Shown piece after piece: positions 62,340 through 64,000 of a stretch of DNA of 64,000 nucleotides. The notes beneath the pieces were generated by a model, which worked only from the letters and a program-made list of their open reading frames with translations, was not told the DNA's origin and searched no databases. The stretch covers positions 5,203-69,202 of the forward strand of contig JBICIG010000060.1 of NCBI GenBank assembly GCA_043101605.1. The letters run 5' to 3'. The translations under genes and the position numbers were made by a program. The DNA is from Phycisphaerales bacterium JB037. Lineage in GTDB: Bacteria > Planctomycetota > Phycisphaerae > Phycisphaerales > UBA1924. Positions within the stretch are counted from its first letter, which is position 1. Each line of letters starts with the position of its first letter.

Positions 62340-62849
62340 TCACGCCCGAGCCGCGTCGGCCCATCGGCCACGCTTCTCGAGGGGTAGGACGGCGCCCCGG
62401 GTCGACGCCCCGGCCTCTGCCTCGTGCTGGGCGTCGATCGCCTGGACATGTCGGCGGACGGTGTGCAGCGTCACGCCCAGTTCCTCGGCCGCCTGCCGCA
62501 TCGAGCGCCCGCACAGCACGCACGACTCGGCGACGAGCCGACGCGTCCGCGTCCACGAACTCCGCGCCAGCACCACGAAGCGGAAGCGATCGGACATCAC
62601 CCGCGTCACGACGCGGCGGAGCCGGGTGCGGACGATCCGCGGCGTCGTGCCCGCCAATGCCGCCACTTCGCGGGCGCTCCGCCCGTCGCGGTAAACCGCC
62701 TCGATGAGCGCCCGATCATCGGGAGGGAGCCACGACGCGCGATCGAGGATGGCCTCGGCCAGGTCGCGTCGACGCCGACGCCTCAGGTCCGCTGCCTGAT
62801 CCGGATCGATCCCGCCTCGCCCTGTCCCGCTCAGGCTTCGCTGACTCAT
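62340..62849 (-). CDS. regulator with two sigma-70 region-4 / LuxR-type HTH units
   Basis: ATG at 62849 follows AGGAGGAAACAGGA. HTH units are RSAREVAALAGTTPRIVRTRLRRV and RSMRQAAEELGVTLHTVRRHVQAI. Confidence 0.7.
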   Translation of the reverse strand: MSQRSLSGTGRGGIDPDQAADLRRRRRRDLAEAILDRASWLPPDDRALIEAVYRDGRSAREVAALAGTTPRIVRTRLRRVVTRVMSDRFRFVVLARSSWTRTRRLVAESCVLCGRSMRQAAEELGVTLHTVRRHVQAIDAQHEAEAGASTRGAVLPLEKRGRWADAARA

Positions 62850-62921
62850 TCCTGTTTCCTCCTGTTTCGGTTGGACTCAGAGCTGTGTTCACCGTAAAGC
62901 GGAAGTGTGTACCTATTGAAA

Positions 62922-62939
62922 ACGGCCCTGGTGGGCCGT
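62922..62939 (-). terminator. rho-independent terminator (minus strand)
   Basis: On the minus strand ACGGCCC-acca-GGGCCGT is followed by TTTTC. It lies about 50 nt after the stop at 62987. Confidence 0.6.
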
Positions 62940-62986
62940 GATCGCGGGTCCTCGGTTGTTGCGCATGCAGCCGGAGGGACGGTCAG

Positions 62987-63175
62987 CTACTTCTTCTGCT
63001 CAGCATGACCTTCGCCCTCTGGGTCTTCATCTTCATCGTCCGGCTCCCAGCCCTCCGGCGGCTTGCCCGCGCCGAGCAGGTCGCTCGCCAGGTCCTCCCA
63101 GTCCTTGTCGGACTGGACGGTCTCGGGCTTGGGCCCGGATGGCCGACTCGATTCTTTGTTCTGAGCGTCTTCCAT
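62987..63175 (-). CDS. small acidic hypothetical protein (62 aa)
   Basis: Track ORF with GC3-rich codons and its own terminator. The sequence looks disordered, so this call is uncertain. Confidence 0.4.
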   Translation of the reverse strand: MEDAQNKESSRPSGPKPETVQSDKDWEDLASDLLGAGKPPEGWEPDDEDEDPEGEGHAEQKK

Positions 63176-63429
63176 AATTCACGCCCCTTGGCATTCGCAT
63201 GTGGACGGGTGTAACAAAAGCAAGAACACCTGTCGGTTGCCAGAATTCGGTGCAGGTTAGGCGCATTCTGCGTCGGACGGGTATACTCGTCGATGGCGAC
63301 CCGAGTGGTGGTATAGCCCAGCGGATGGATTCATCATCTGGCCCGAACGCATGAGGCGTTCGCGGGAACTGTTTACGGAGGAACTTCGCCGCACCGACGA
63401 GGCGGCTCGCGCTCAACTCACAACGCGCA

Positions 63430-63464
63430 GTCAAAAGCATCGAGCGCCAACTCGATGCTTTGAC
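63430..63464. other. strong hairpin (14-bp stem with one bulged A) in non-coding DNA
   Basis: GTCA(A)AAGCATCGAG-cgccaa-CTCGATGCTTTGAC. Confidence 0.6.
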
Positions 63465-63608
63465 CTAATCATCTGACCCCAGTCTCCCCACCAGGAGTAT
63501 CGCGATGGAAAACCATCGGGGGGTATCTGCTTGGCCCATGCTAATCAGAGGCCCACCAAAAGTCAACGACAGCAACTGTTCCACACACATTCCCTGACCC
63601 AAAGGGAG

Positions 63609-63632
63609 GGCCCCGGGCTGATGCCCGGGGCC
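63609..63632. other. perfect 10-bp GC hairpin 6 nt upstream of the anomalous tRNA
   Basis: GGCCCCGGGC-tgat-GCCCGGGGCC. Confidence 0.6.
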
Positions 63633-63638
63633 TCGGAT

Positions 63639-63738
63639 GCGGCTGTGGCGGAAATCGGTAGACGCGCCGGGTTTGGGGCCCGGTGGGGCAGGTGTTTCAG
63701 CCAGACGCCCCGTGCAGGTTCGATCCCTGTCAGCCGCA
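63639..63738 (+). tRNA. anomalous class-II tRNA: Leu-type body, anticodon UGG (Pro), about 30-nt variable arm
   Basis: Manual fold of GCGGCTG-TG-GCGGAAATCGGTAGACGC-G-CCGGG-TTTGGGG-CCCGG-TGGGGCAGGTGTTTCAGCCAGACGCCCCGT-GCAGG-TTCGATC-CCTGT-CAGCCGC-A. The D and T arms nearly match tRNA-Leu at 37737..37821. Stem differences are compensated. Confidence 0.6.
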
Positions 63739-63780
63739 TCGTTGAAGACACGACTCAGTCTCTTTCAGAGGTTTCAAGCC

Positions 63781-64000
63781 ATGAGTATCTATTTGTTTAC
63801 CCGTGAGAACATCCAGCGATTCGCACCCAATGCCAAGGGGGTCTATTCGCTCCAGGATGACTTCGACATCACCTATATCGGAAGCAGCCAGGTCAGCGTC
63901 CGCGACCGGTTGCTGTCTCACTTCAACGGCTACGAAGGCCGCTGCACCCAGCAGGCCAAGTACTTCTCCGCGGAGACCTGCAGCAATCCGCTCCAGCGGG
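63781..64000 (+). CDS. GIY-YIG nuclease-domain protein, partial (runs off the right window edge)
   Basis: ATG at 63781 reads MSIYLFTRENIQRFAPNAKGVYSLQDDFDITYIGSSQVSVRDRLLSHFNGYEG... The GVY...YIG...R..L..H spacing matches the GIY-YIG N-terminal motifs. Confidence 0.7.
   Translation, partial: MSIYLFTRENIQRFAPNAKGVYSLQDDFDITYIGSSQVSVRDRLLSHFNGYEGRCTQQAKYFSAETCSNPLQR

Noticed and set aside
60656-62556. Long versions of ORFs 60656..61444 (262 aa) and 60958..62556 (532 aa)
   Set aside because: The upstream parts are Arg/Gly/Ala low complexity. They overlap the GNAT and ABC-ATPase genes in other frames. Only the C-terminal 79 aa (RHH-like) and 226 aa (GNAT) were kept.
63033-63440. 135-aa minus-strand ORF
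   Set aside because: It overlaps the small acidic ORF in another frame. It has no RBS and an odd composition. It spans the region treated here as non-coding.
57000-64000. Calling the region an intact prophage
   Set aside because: Only a terminase large subunit is recognisable. No portal, capsid, tail, lysis or integrase genes are visible in the window. An integrated remnant remains possible but unproven.

Overview
Very GC-rich bacterial chromosomal segment (about 70% G+C judged by eye, not computed). The six-frame track is therefore full of long Arg/Pro/Gly-rich shadow ORFs. I called about 65 genes from recognisable protein families, signal peptides, RBS and start context, and start/stop coupling. 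The content looks planctomycete-like (PEP-CTERM proteins, futalosine-pathway mqnA, many secreted hydrolases), but that taxonomy is inference.

Housekeeping genes: purB, cysS, metG, tmk, plsY, sucD, lptB, mqnA, a 7Fe-type ferredoxin and tRNA-Leu(UAG).

Accessory and regulatory content:
- two ECF sigma factors (one with an anti-sigma factor, a secreted protein and a GAF-PP2C phosphatase)
- ArsR-SRPBCC and MarR-flavodoxin modules, plus pirin
- tandem MgtC paralogs and tandem GT2-like paralogs
- three tandem 205-aa PEP-CTERM paralogs
- GH29 fucosidase, M60 peptidase and several alpha/beta hydrolases

Most notable observations:
1. 59.1-62.8 kb: a tightly coupled five-gene operon that ends in an apparently intact but orphan terminase large subunit. 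The order is 2xHTH regulator, soluble ABC ATPase, GNAT, RHH-like protein, TerL.
2. Next to it, a lower-GC stretch containing a 100-nt class-II, Leu-like tRNA with a UGG (Pro) anticodon, followed by a GIY-YIG gene.
3. A RAYT transposase flanked by its REP/REPIN palindromes (a REPtron).
4. Three arrays of the heptamer GGGCAAT/CCCATTG that fit the G-quadruplex consensus and sit in promoter or 5' regions.
5. A 12-nt operator shared by the marR and pirin promoters.
6. An unannotated 54-aa lipoprotein that shares a GDWVLFPP C-terminal module with a 482-aa neighbour.
7. An adenylate-kinase-like / nucleoside-deoxyribosyltransferase-like fusion protein.

All family assignments come from reading motifs by eye. 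No database searches were run.
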